DNA from: Clostridiales bacterium
GTDB lineage: Bacteria; Bacillota; Clostridia; Christensenellales; CAG-138
Assembly: GCA_004556165.1 (NCBI GenBank)
Contig: SFIR01000001.1
Coordinates: 66,336-130,335 of the forward strand
DNA: 64,000 nucleotides
Direction: 5' to 3'
Part shown: piece by piece, positions 16,273-25,099 of the stretch
How the letters are laid out: each line of letters begins with the position of its first letter
Position numbering within the stretch: position 1 is the first letter of the stretch
The notes under the pieces: generated by a model
Databases searched by the model: none
What the model saw: only the letters and a program-made list of their open reading frames with translations
What the model was told of the DNA's origin: nothing
Made by a program: the position numbers and the translations under genes

Positions 16273-18003
16273 ATGGAAACGAATTTTATTAACAAGCCCG
16301 AGAAGGAAGCTCCCTGGCTCGGTCATTACGGCAATGTGCCGTTCCATCTCGATTACCCTGATTGCAGCATCGCGGATATGGTATTATCTACTGCTGAACG
16401 CGAGGGGAAATTCCCTGCATTATCCTATATGGGAAAGCTTTTCAGCTATAATACCCTAAGGGAAAAGATAGATGCCGCAGCTGCGGGCTTTGTCGCCCTC
16501 GGCATCAAAAAAGGTGATGCAGTCACCATCTGCCTGCCGAATGTGCCTCAGGCGGTCTATCTTCTGTATGCGCTTGACCGCATCGGCGCGGTCGCCAGCA
16601 TGATACATCCGCTTTCGGCGGTCACTGAGATCATATATTACCTCAAAGAGGTAGATAGCCATACGATAGTTACCCTCGACCAGTTCTATGATAAAATAGC
16701 GGAGGTCGAAAAGGAATATGAGCTTACTAATGTCCTGATCACCACGGCTGCCGAGGAGCTCGGATTTATCAAAAGCACTGCATTCAAGCTCATAAACAAA
16801 AATCATGTCGATAAGAAGGATCCTCGCCTTGTGACATGGCGTAAGTTCCTGGCAAACGGCAAAAACGTGAATCTAAACGAGCATATCGTGCATATGTCTC
16901 CGGATGAAACCGCGGTAATTCTTTTTTCCGGCGGTACAACCGGCGTCACTAAGGCGATACAGCTCAGCAGCATGAATTTCAATGCACTCGGCTTGCAGAC
17001 CGCTAATATGTGCCATGACGAGATACGTCATAAACGCATGCTTGCGGCAATGCCCGTATTCCATGGCTTCGGTCTCGGCGTCTGCATCCATACGATGCTT
17101 GAGCTCGGAGGCACGAGCATACTTGTTCCGAGGTTCAATCCGAAGTCCTATGCGGAGCTTATCAAGACCGAAAAGCCGAATTTCATCGCAGGCGTTCCGA
17201 CTCTGTTCGAGGCCATTACGAGAAATCCTTATCTTGACGGCGAAAAGCTCGATTTTCTTCGCGGCGTATTCTCAGGCGGCGATTCGCTCTCAATCGAGCT
17301 CAAGAAACGCTTTGATGCTTTCCTTGAGGAACACGGGGCTCCCGTCCATGTCCGCGAGGGCTACGGCACCACCGAATGCGTTACTGCAAGCTGCCTGACC
17401 CCGTATACAACCGAGCGCGAGGGCAGCATCGGTCTTCCTTATCCGGATACCTATTATACCATTTGCGCTGTTGGGACTAATAACCCCGTTCCGTTCGGAG
17501 AACTCGGCGAGATCTGCCTGAGGGGCCCTTCCGTTATGATAGGTTACCTCAACAGACCCGAGGAGAATGCGAATACTCTCCGCGTACATGCCGACGGCTA
17601 CACTTGGCTCCATACCGGAGATCTCGGCTATATGGATTCCGACGGCTTCATCTATTTCAAACAGCGCATCAAGAGGATGATCGTGACCAGCGGCTACAAT
17701 GTCTATCCCTCCCAGCTTGAAAATATCATTGATGCTCATGAGGCTGTACAGATGAGCTGCGTTATCGGCGTTAAGGATCCTTACAAGATTCAGAAGGTCA
17801 AAGCCTATGTCGTCTTGAAAAAGGGCTATACCTATTCGGATGAACTGAAAGAATCGATATTTGAGCATTGCAGGAAGAATATCGCAAAGTACGCAATGCC
17901 GTATGATATCGAATTCAGGGAGGAGCTTCCCAAGACCCTTGTCGGTAAGGTTGCATATACCGCCCTTGAAAAGGAAGCAAATTCCGAGCAGGGCGCAGCA
18001 TAA
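16273..18003 (+). CDS. AMP-dependent synthetase/ligase (acyl-CoA ligase family)
   Basis: AMP-binding motifs ILFSGGTTGVTKA, EGYGTTE and TGDLGYMDSDGFIYFKQRIKRMI, plus the C-terminal GKV. An alternative TTG start at 16225 overlaps the upstream stop. Confidence 0.9.
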   Translation: METNFINKPEKEAPWLGHYGNVPFHLDYPDCSIADMVLSTAEREGKFPALSYMGKLFSYNTLREKIDAAAAGFVALGIKKGDAVTICLPNVPQAVYLLYALDRIGAVASMIHPLSAVTEIIYYLKEVDSHTIVTLDQFYDKIAEVEKEYELTNVLITTAAEELGFIKSTAFKLINKNHVDKKDPRLVTWRKFLANGKNVNLNEHIVHMSPDETAVILFSGGTTGVTKAIQLSSMNFNALGLQTANMCHDEIRHKRMLAAMPVFHGFGLGVCIHTMLELGGTSILVPRFNPKSYAELIKTEKPNFIAGVPTLFEAITRNPYLDGEKLDFLRGVFSGGDSLSIELKKRFDAFLEEHGAPVHVREGYGTTECVTASCLTPYTTEREGSIGLPYPDTYYTICAVGTNNPVPFGELGEICLRGPSVMIGYLNRPEENANTLRVHADGYTWLHTGDLGYMDSDGFIYFKQRIKRMIVTSGYNVYPSQLENIIDAHEAVQMSCVIGVKDPYKIQKVKAYVVLKKGYTYSDELKESIFEHCRKNIAKYAMPYDIEFREELPKTLVGKVAYTALEKEANSEQGAA

Positions 18004-18022
18004 AAGAAATATCTTCAAACTG

Positions 18023-18046
18023 GCTGTCGTTTTCGGCAGCTTTTTT
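18023..18046 (+). terminator. rho-independent terminator after the ligase gene
   Basis: GCTGTCG-TTTT-CGGCAGC followed by TTTTTT. Confidence 0.65.
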
Positions 18047-18135
18047 GCATATCGGGATAATAATTTCCGCCAAAAGCAGCCTTTTTTTGCAGGTATGAGC
18101 ATATATTTCATTATAGAAAGCTTTTTGGAGGGAAT

Positions 18136-18390
18136 ATGGCAGGTACAACATTCAATGAACTTCGCGAAAAGGAGATAATAAATATCTGCGACGGCGCAAG
18201 GCTCGGAAGGATATGCGATCTTGAGCTCGATGACTGTACGGGGCTCATATGCTCCATCGTCGTCCCCGGGCCGACGCGCCTTTTAGGGCTGATCAAGAAT
18301 TCCGAAGAACTGGTGATACCGTTCTGCAAGATACAGAAGATAGGCGATGATGTTATCCTCGTAAATATCGAAGGACTTGCTGCGAAATAG
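18136..18390 (+). CDS. YlmC/YmxH family sporulation protein (PRC-barrel)
   Basis: LREKEIINICDGARLGRICDLELD..G.I.SIVVPG is the typical YlmC/YmxH pattern. Confidence 0.85.
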   Translation: MAGTTFNELREKEIINICDGARLGRICDLELDDCTGLICSIVVPGPTRLLGLIKNSEELVIPFCKIQKIGDDVILVNIEGLAAK

Positions 18391-18400
18391 ATTTTTACGG

Positions 18401-18429
18401 TTGAAAAAACGAAAGAAGTTGTGTATACT
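18401..18429 (+). promoter_or_regulatory. candidate promoter TTGAAA-17-TATACT upstream of nrdR
   Basis: -35 at 18401-18406, -10 at 18424-18429. Confidence 0.4.
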
Positions 18430-18495
18430 AAGGATAATATGACGCATAGGCGTTCAGGAAAGGAAGCTCCGAAAGCATGGGGCGGCTAACAGAAA

Positions 18496-18963
18496 ATGAA
18501 ATGTAGGTATTGCCTTTCAACCGAGAGCAAGGTGATCGACTCACGTCCAACGGAGGACGGAACTGCAATCCGCCGCAGAAGGGAATGCATAAGCTGCGGA
18601 AAGCGGTTTACGACCTATGAGAAAATAGAGGAGATTCCGATAACAGTAGTAAAGCGTGACGGCACCCGGCAGGCGTTTGACAGCACCAAGATTCTTGCGG
18701 GCGTTAAGAAGGCATGCGAAAAGCGTCCCGTTTCGGTTGCTGCACAGAATGAGCTTGTTGACGATGTGACGAGGGAGATATTTAATTCCTTCGAGGAGGA
18801 AATCACCACCATCCGCATCGGTGAACTCGTTATGAAGCATCTCAAAGCGCTCGATGAGGTCGCCTACGTTCGCTTCGCATCGGTCTATCGTTCGTTTAAG
18901 GACATCAATACCTTTATGGAGGAGCTCAAAACCCTTCTCGGTGAAGCGGAATCAGGCAAATGA
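18496..18963 (+). CDS. nrdR: transcriptional repressor NrdR
   Basis: Zn ribbon MKCRYC..SKVIDSRP...RRRRECISCGKRFTTYE followed by an ATP-cone. Confidence 0.95.
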   Translation: MKCRYCLSTESKVIDSRPTEDGTAIRRRRECISCGKRFTTYEKIEEIPITVVKRDGTRQAFDSTKILAGVKKACEKRPVSVAAQNELVDDVTREIFNSFEEEITTIRIGELVMKHLKALDEVAYVRFASVYRSFKDINTFMEELKTLLGEAESGK

Positions 18964-19805
18964 TTAAGGAATTTGAAAAAATTTGTTCCAAGGCGGAATG
19001 CGGTGCGGTCGAGGATAATAGCGGCGGCATAATTACACTGAATGCCCCCGGTCTTTTGCGTACCGGCGGAATAAAGCATGGTTTCACCTCACGCATCGGA
19101 GGCATCAGCCCCAAACCCTTTGACTCGCTCAATTTCAGCTTCAACCGTGCCGATGATCCGGTAAATGTCAGAAAAAACTATCGTATCCTTGCCGAAAAAC
19201 GCGGTCTTGATTATGATAAATTGGTGCTTGTGAATCACGAACACGGCTGCAAGGTGCTCAGGGTGAGTAAAAAGGAAGCAGGCAGAGGACTTACCCGTGA
19301 AAAGCTCCCGTTCAGCGACGGACTTATCACCGATGATCCCGAGATTACGCTCGTGACCGGGCATGCCGATTGCGGCAGTATCTACCTTTACGACCCCAAA
19401 AAGCATGCGATAGGCCTTGCTCACGCAGGCTGGAAGGGGGCTCTCCTGCGCATGGCGCAGAGACTTGCAGAAAGCATGATGAAGGAATTTTCATCAGATC
19501 CTTCAGATATGGTTGCCGCACTCGGTCCATGTATTTGCTTTGACTGCTTCGAGGTGGACAGCAGTCTCGGCGAGAAATTCAAAGCCGAGTTTGGGCAAAG
19601 CAGTATCGTTAAGGAAGGAAGACCGGGCAAAGCCTATGTCGATATCGAAAGCGTACTTCTTTTGCAGCTTTTGGAAGCAGGCATCAGGCCGGAAAACATC
19701 TCGCTGATGCACCGCTGCACCTATGAGGAAAAGGAGCTTTTCTATTCATACCGCCGCGACGGCGCAGGCACGGGCGCAATGAGTGCGTATATGAAGCTAA
19801 TATAG
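18960..19805 (+). CDS. pgeF: peptidoglycan editing factor PgeF / YfiH (DUF152, laccase-domain) family
   Basis: HGFTSRIGG..FDSLNFS, HADC and GWKG motifs. ATGA overlap with nrdR. Confidence 0.85.
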   Translation: MIKEFEKICSKAECGAVEDNSGGIITLNAPGLLRTGGIKHGFTSRIGGISPKPFDSLNFSFNRADDPVNVRKNYRILAEKRGLDYDKLVLVNHEHGCKVLRVSKKEAGRGLTREKLPFSDGLITDDPEITLVTGHADCGSIYLYDPKKHAIGLAHAGWKGALLRMAQRLAESMMKEFSSDPSDMVAALGPCICFDCFEVDSSLGEKFKAEFGQSSIVKEGRPGKAYVDIESVLLLQLLEAGIRPENISLMHRCTYEEKELFYSYRRDGAGTGAMSAYMKLI

Positions 19806-19836
19806 GATTGTTTATTTTAAATAAATCAAAATACAA

Positions 19837-19868
19837 AATAGCCCGAAAAGAATCGGGTTATTTTGTTT
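19837..19868. terminator. bidirectional terminator between pgeF and the NERD gene
   Basis: AATAGCCCGA-AAAGAA-TCGGGTTATT with T-runs on both strands. Confidence 0.6.
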
Positions 19869-19917
19869 CAATGCAGATGAGATATACTCAGCACATCAAA
19901 TCTTTATATTGACTGAC

Positions 19918-20841
19918 CTATGCTTGGTTTTGGTCTTTCACTCCGACACTGCACGGGACATTCTCTGTATACCTGCAATGGGGATATTTGGAGCATCCCC
20001 AGAATTGCTGGCCTTGCCGTGCGCCTTTTGAAACAGTGCGCAGAACCAGTACGGAGCCGCAACTCGGGCAAATCTTGCCGGTGATATCGGGAGAGACGTT
20101 GACTGCGGAAACATTTGAAGACTGCTGCTTTTGTTTGACATCTTCAATATGTGCTATTTTTATTGCCTCATTAACCTGTGTAAGGGGATACAGCTTATTA
20201 TACAGCTCGTCAATCTGCTCCGGGGATAATGTTTTTCCGACTTTAGCGGCATTGGCTTGAACAGCAGGAAGAATATTATACCGATTGATAACAAAGTGCT
20301 CTCCGCTGGTCAGCCTTATATCTTTTAATGTGCAACGATCACTGAATATAATATATGAGTAGTACGCAAGTCCTTCATTGTCTGCAAGATAGTTTTTTAG
20401 CCACTTCAGATGTACTTTGTTCTGAATTATAGGATTCAAAAAATGGTTTTTCTGACTTCTGCCATTTCCTGTCGGCAATGTTTGCGTCCATTCTTTCTGG
20501 GCTTCACTTCCGAATATCCATCCGCTGTAGTTCTTGGACTCAAACACATAGAGCCCGGACTCATGCAATAAAACTACGTCTAACTCTGTGGTCTCTTCAT
20601 TGCTTTTCGGGATGTAGATATTAAAAAGGAATTTCTTGTAGCCGTCAAGTGATTTCAGATATTTATAAATGTAAAATTCGCCGATGCGACCTTTGTCAAA
20701 TATGACACTTAAATAAGAATTCTTTGTTTGCAGATAATAATCTGTCTGTTTATACTTTTTTTGATTTATTAAATAGTTAACGACAAAAAAGACAACAAAC
20801 AGAACAATAACCGAAAAAGAAAAAAGAATCAATGTACGCAT
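19918..20841 (-). CDS. membrane-anchored NERD-domain nuclease-like protein with C-terminal topoisomerase-type C4 zinc ribbon
   Basis: N-terminal TM segment (LILFSFSVIVLFVVFFVV). NERD core GEFYIYKYL..ELDVVLLHESGLYVFESKNYSGWIFG...W. C-terminal CPSCGSVLVLR...FWGCSKYPHCRYT. The ATG at 20841 lies 7 nt after GGAGGG. Confidence 0.8.
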   Translation of the reverse strand: MRTLILFSFSVIVLFVVFFVVNYLINQKKYKQTDYYLQTKNSYLSVIFDKGRIGEFYIYKYLKSLDGYKKFLFNIYIPKSNEETTELDVVLLHESGLYVFESKNYSGWIFGSEAQKEWTQTLPTGNGRSQKNHFLNPIIQNKVHLKWLKNYLADNEGLAYYSYIIFSDRCTLKDIRLTSGEHFVINRYNILPAVQANAAKVGKTLSPEQIDELYNKLYPLTQVNEAIKIAHIEDVKQKQQSSNVSAVNVSPDITGKICPSCGSVLVLRTVSKGARQGQQFWGCSKYPHCRYTENVPCSVGVKDQNQA

Positions 20842-21027
20842 TTTCAATCCCTCCTGATGCTATCCAGTATACTATGTTTTGATGACTTTGTAAAGACATA
20901 AATATGAATAATGACAGTTTAGATTTGAGGAAAGTAGTTCTTCAGGAAAATAAAAACACCCTGTTCAGAACAGACTAATAGACGGAAGAAATCTGCTTTC
21001 AAATGTCTGCCGAAACGAGGTGTTTTT

Positions 21028-21609
21028 TTGTCACTGTTTTTAATGTCAATCCTCATGCTCGCCGTGCTTACTCTGTTCGGCACGATCTCGGGTTTGCTGG
21101 ATATTTTGCACGAAAAGAAATTTCATGTGCTGTACCTTCTGCTCAGTCTGCTGCTGCTTCATTCGTTCAAAATATCTCCGATGCCGGAGATAGAAATAAA
21201 TGCTGCCGTAATCGCATTATTCATTGTTTCCTGCATTATTCTTTATAGGTATAAACGGACTGTCACGGGTATAGGACTCATACTGACGGGCTGCTTCTGC
21301 ATTGTATCAGCTGCTGTAACTGTGATTGCGGAGAGTACGGAACTGACTGCGCTTTTGCTCGGCATCCTCCCGGCGCTGATAGTGCTGATAAAAAGGGATC
21401 ATGCGTCTGCAATAGCCGCAGCAGGGCTGATACCTGTAGTGTCGGAAATGCTGAGAGCCCTGTTTGAAATGCTCAATCTCGGTTACGGTACTGTCCGGCT
21501 CGGGTCGTTCACTTCGGATGTTCAGCTTTTAGGAGTCCTGATAACCGCTGCCACTGCCCAAACTCTTTTGATCCTTTCACCGAACGGATACGGAGAGGAA
21601 AAGATTTAG
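21028..21609 (+). CDS. hypothetical polytopic membrane protein
   Basis: ORF with about 6 hydrophobic segments. The start is uncertain (TTG at 21028 or ATG at 21043). Confidence 0.5.
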   Translation: MSLFLMSILMLAVLTLFGTISGLLDILHEKKFHVLYLLLSLLLLHSFKISPMPEIEINAAVIALFIVSCIILYRYKRTVTGIGLILTGCFCIVSAAVTVIAESTELTALLLGILPALIVLIKRDHASAIAAAGLIPVVSEMLRALFEMLNLGYGTVRLGSFTSDVQLLGVLITAATAQTLLILSPNGYGEEKI

Positions 21610-21631
21610 CCTGTATTGTTCTTAATACTCA

Positions 21632-21667
21632 CCTCGCGCATATCTTTTTGTGCGAGGGTTTTATTTT
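21632..21667 (+). terminator. rho-independent terminator-like hairpin immediately upstream of spoIIIAA
   Basis: CCTCGCGC / GTGCGAGG (8 bp, one G-U pair), 10-nt loop, then GTTTTATTTT. Confidence 0.55.
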
Positions 21668-21683
21668 ACAAAGGAGAACCGAA

Positions 21684-22589
21684 ATGGATGCTAATACAGT
21701 TTTAGCGGAAAGAAATGAACTGATTTTGAATCTGATCCCCAAACGCTACAGGGAGATAACAAACAGGTATTTCTTGCTCGGAGGCGTTGAGGAGCTGAGA
21801 TTCCGTGTGAACAGACCTGCTCAACTGATCTTTTCGGACAAGGATGTACTTCTTTCGCAGTACGGAATGCTGTCAAAGCAGGAGGCCGACGATATGCTGA
21901 AGGCCTGCTGCATGGGCTCGGTTTATGCCTGTGAAAACGAACTGAGGCAGGGCTTTATTACTCTTTCGGGCGGTATACGCGTCGGACTCAGCGGAAATCC
22001 GGTGATGACGGGCGGAAGGATCACGAACTTTACCTCCGTAGGCGGATTCAATATCCGTATTCCGAATGAGGTACATGGCTGTGCGGATGATTTGACGGAT
22101 ATGTTTATCGAGGATGGCTTGCCGGTTTCCGCACTCGTTGCATCGCCTCCGGGCGTCGGAAAAACAACGCTTCTCCGCGATCTTGCACGCAGCCTCTCAA
22201 ACAGGGGCTATCGGGTCGGTATTGCGGATGAAAGGAACGAACTCTCGGGCAGCATGAATTCCGTCCCGATGTTCGATGTCGGATTGCGTACTGATATTAT
22301 CTCATTTGTTCCGAAAACGATTTGTATTCCTATGCTCATAAGAAGCATGTCGCCGCAGGTGATAATCACGGATGAACTTTCGGGCGAGGATGAAATGAAC
22401 GGCGTGTCGGAAGCTCTCAAACACGGCGTAGCGATAATCGCAAGCATACATGCTTCTTCATTCCGACAGCTCAGAACGATTGCATATGTCGGCAAAGCCC
22501 TTTCGGGGGGGCTTATCAGTAGAGCTTTTATTCTGAGACGCAGCGGCAGCCGCTTCAGCCTAATAGGAGAGGGGGAGAAATGTGACTAA
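21684..22589 (+). CDS. spoIIIAA: stage III sporulation protein AA (ATPase)
   Basis: Walker A SPPGVGKTTLLRD and Walker B VIITDE. First gene of the spoIIIA order. AAGGAG RBS before the ATG at 21684. Confidence 0.9.
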   Translation: MDANTVLAERNELILNLIPKRYREITNRYFLLGGVEELRFRVNRPAQLIFSDKDVLLSQYGMLSKQEADDMLKACCMGSVYACENELRQGFITLSGGIRVGLSGNPVMTGGRITNFTSVGGFNIRIPNEVHGCADDLTDMFIEDGLPVSALVASPPGVGKTTLLRDLARSLSNRGYRVGIADERNELSGSMNSVPMFDVGLRTDIISFVPKTICIPMLIRSMSPQVIITDELSGEDEMNGVSEALKHGVAIIASIHASSFRQLRTIAYVGKALSGGLISRAFILRRSGSRFSLIGEGEKCD

Positions 22590-23079
22590 AATGCTTTCGG
22601 CCATATGTCTGCTTCTTGTTACGGCAGTACTCGGGAGCTTTGCTTCCGGTAGAGTGAATGCGAAATTGAAAACGATTTCGGGCCTCGTCGCCGATTTCCA
22701 AAGGATGGATTCCATCCTCAGATACGAACGCGGAGGCGTTATGAAAATACTGCTTGCGCTGATATCTTCAAGCGATAATGCGGAATTCTGGATGGAGATG
22801 GCAGGGGATTACAGGAAAAATCCGGATCTTTTGTCCGCATGGAAGAATGCATCATCAAAACTCACGCTAAATGACGAGAGCATCGAAAAAAGCCTTACCG
22901 CCTTCTTTTCGGATTTCGGCTCCGGAGGCACGGAGGAAGAGACCGTAAGGCTGAAAGGAATAATATCTGAGCTTGCCGGCGCTGAGGAAAAGCTCAAACA
23001 GGATTGCCCGAAAAGGGTCAAGCTCATAAAAACGCTGTCGGTACTCGGCGGTGCTGCGCTCGCATTGATTGTGCTTTGA
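22582..23079 (+). CDS. spoIIIAB: stage III sporulation protein AB
   Basis: Position in the operon, N- and C-terminal TM segments, size about 165 aa. Confidence 0.8.
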   Translation: MTKMLSAICLLLVTAVLGSFASGRVNAKLKTISGLVADFQRMDSILRYERGGVMKILLALISSSDNAEFWMEMAGDYRKNPDLLSAWKNASSKLTLNDESIEKSLTAFFSDFGSGGTEEETVRLKGIISELAGAEEKLKQDCPKRVKLIKTLSVLGGAALALIVL

Positions 23080-23095
23080 GCGGAAAGGACAGGGA

Positions 23096-23293
23096 ATGGG
23101 GATAGATATTGTACTCAAGATAGCAGGAATAGGTATTCTTGTGGCGGCTGCGTGTCAGCTTCTTAAACAGGCAGGAAGGGATGATATAGCAATGCTTACC
23201 GCTATTGCAGGCATTATCATAGTGCTGACAATGGTTGCCGGGCTCGTGTCCAACCTGTTCAGCAACATTCAGAGCGTGTTTGAATTGTATTGA
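23096..23293 (+). CDS. spoIIIAC: stage III sporulation protein AC
   Basis: MGIDIVLKIAGIGILVAAACQLLKQAGRDD..., 65 aa with two TM segments, canonical SpoIIIAC. Confidence 0.9.
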   Translation: MGIDIVLKIAGIGILVAAACQLLKQAGRDDIAMLTAIAGIIIVLTMVAGLVSNLFSNIQSVFELY

Positions 23294-23688
23294 TGGACAT
23301 CTATACTTCGATAGGGCTTATTATGCTCACTGCCATGGCAGCATTCACCCTCAGGGACATCAACAGAAACGCTGCGGTCAATATCGCCATTGCCGGCGGT
23401 GCAGTGGTAATGCTTAATGTGATAGCGGCGTTCAGCGGTATTACCGATGAGGTGAAGCTGATTGCTGTAAGCGGTGATCTCGATATCGACCTCATAGGCA
23501 TCATATTGAAAGCGATCGGCATCTCATATATGGCACATGTCGCATCGGAGCTATGCCGGGATATGGACGAGAATGCGCTTGCGGCAAAGGCGGAGATAGT
23601 CGGAAGGGTAATGCTGCTTTCGCTTGCCCTGCCGATAGTACGATCAATAGCGGAATCGCTGATTGAGCTCGTTAAGCTGAGCACCTGA
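23290..23688 (+). CDS. spoIIIAD: stage III sporulation protein AD
   Basis: ATGA overlap with spoIIIAC. Four TM segments. ..LAAKAEIVGRVMLL.. is SpoIIIAD-like. Confidence 0.9.
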   Translation: MMDIYTSIGLIMLTAMAAFTLRDINRNAAVNIAIAGGAVVMLNVIAAFSGITDEVKLIAVSGDLDIDLIGIILKAIGISYMAHVASELCRDMDENALAAKAEIVGRVMLLSLALPIVRSIAESLIELVKLST

Positions 23689-23705
23689 TCCGGAGGACAA
23701 CACGA

Positions 23706-24905
23706 ATGAAAAAAAGAAAGCTGCTCTTTTGTTTTTGCATATTGCTTGCAATGCTTATGATGCTGCTGCCTGCCGATTGCCTGGCAGAACCCGAAAACGA
23801 AGATAATAATGACAGCTCCGCGGAGCTTGAGGAGGAACTGAAAAGATTGGCGAGCGAAACCGATTTTTCTTCGTGGCAGGCATATTTTGACGAGCTCAAG
23901 GCATCCGATACAGCAATGAGCGAATATGCTTCGGTGGGGGAGTTCATTGAATACCTTGCGCTCGGGGAAGCTTCAATAGATACGGGCGACGGTATAGGCT
24001 TTATAAAAAACCTTTTTCTTCCTAAGCTGAGGGCAGCGCTTGCGGAGCTTGTAACGGTTATTGCGCTTTCACTGTTATCGGGGCTTTGCGGTATTGCGCT
24101 CGGCGATGACAGCGGAACAAAGCAGGTGCTTATGCTGATAATTTCCGGAGTGTCAATACTTGCCCTTGTCGCGTACTTCACGAGTATTGCGGCTGAAGCA
24201 GTGAATACCGTAAGCCGTATAGGAAATTTCTGCTCGCTTGCCGCTCCGGTGCTTTTAGGTCTGATGACAGCGCTCGGCTGCGCAGGAACGGTCAAGGTGA
24301 TGAGCCCGATGCTTGTATTGCTGTCCAACTCCATTCTCGTTGTGCTTGGAAAAATAGTGCTTCCGCTTCTAATCGCAGGCGGTGTGGTCGTTGCAGTCAA
24401 TGCCCTCTCGGATAAGCTGAAGCTCAGCCGCACGGTGAAGCTCATACAGAATACCGTCAAATGGCTGCTCGGACTGGTAACGACGGTCTATATTGCTGCC
24501 ACGTCGATTGGCGGTATCGCGGCAGGCGCAGCGGACGGAGTCTCGATAAGGACTGCGAAATATGCAATAGATAAACTCATTCCTGCGGTCGGAGGCATGG
24601 TCGGGAGTGCGGTCGATGCCGTTATCGGCGGAGGTATAGTGCTCAAAAATGCAGCGGGTGTGACGGCAATCCTGGTACTTGCGGGCATTTCGCTCGGCCC
24701 CGTACTGAAGCTGTTTGCAGGAATGACCGCCCTCAGGATATCGGCTGCGATCGCCGAACCGTTTTCCGATAATCGCATAACCCAGCTCCTCGACGGAACA
24801 GCGGATATAGTTTCTTATCTGTTTGCGGCAGTATGCGCTGCATGCAGCCTGCTGTTGATCAGCATTATGATAATAATCGCCACGGGCAATACCCTTATAG
24901 GCTGA
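23706..24905 (+). CDS. spoIIIAE: stage III sporulation protein AE
   Basis: Signal peptide followed by a polytopic membrane domain. Size and operon position fit SpoIIIAE. Confidence 0.9.
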   Translation: MKKRKLLFCFCILLAMLMMLLPADCLAEPENEDNNDSSAELEEELKRLASETDFSSWQAYFDELKASDTAMSEYASVGEFIEYLALGEASIDTGDGIGFIKNLFLPKLRAALAELVTVIALSLLSGLCGIALGDDSGTKQVLMLIISGVSILALVAYFTSIAAEAVNTVSRIGNFCSLAAPVLLGLMTALGCAGTVKVMSPMLVLLSNSILVVLGKIVLPLLIAGGVVVAVNALSDKLKLSRTVKLIQNTVKWLLGLVTTVYIAATSIGGIAAGAADGVSIRTAKYAIDKLIPAVGGMVGSAVDAVIGGGIVLKNAAGVTAILVLAGISLGPVLKLFAGMTALRISAAIAEPFSDNRITQLLDGTADIVSYLFAAVCAACSLLLISIMIIIATGNTLIG

Positions 24906-24906
24906 T

Positions 24907-25083
24907 ATGAAGGCTCTTCTTATTAAACTCATCGTAATAGGCGTTATTTCGGCGCTCGGCGAAGCCATGCTGCCGCCGGGTAGGCTGAAAAACGGGGCGG
25001 AAAGGCTCATCTCCCTTGCCGCTGCTGCTGCGATTATCTCATCGGTGATAGGGATGCTGACAGGCTACCTTGCTTCACCGTGA
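24907..25083 (+). CDS. spoIIIAF: stage III sporulation protein AF, 58-aa membrane-only form (below the ORF-track cutoff)
   Basis: The ATG lies 1 nt after the spoIIIAE stop. MKALLIKLIVIGVISALGEAMLPPGRLKNGAERLISLAAAAAIISSVIGMLTGYLASP resembles the SpoIIIAF N-terminus (..mLlP.s..kyvk.v.gl..). It sits in the AF slot between AE and AG. Confidence 0.6.
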   Translation: MKALLIKLIVIGVISALGEAMLPPGRLKNGAERLISLAAAAAIISSVIGMLTGYLASP

Positions 25084-25099
25084 CCGAAAGGATGGCTCA

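Noticed and set aside
20958-20975. Palindrome CTGTTCAGAACAG as a LexA (GAAC-N4-GTTC) box
   Set aside because: The half-site order is inverted (GTTC-N1-GAAC) and the spacing is wrong for the Firmicute LexA/Cheo box. It is probably fortuitous.
23672-25010. Minus-strand ORFs of 262 and 213 aa inside spoIIIAE
   Set aside because: They are Ser/Ala-rich antisense translations of a GC-skewed membrane-protein gene. The spoIIIA operon organisation on the plus strand is complete.
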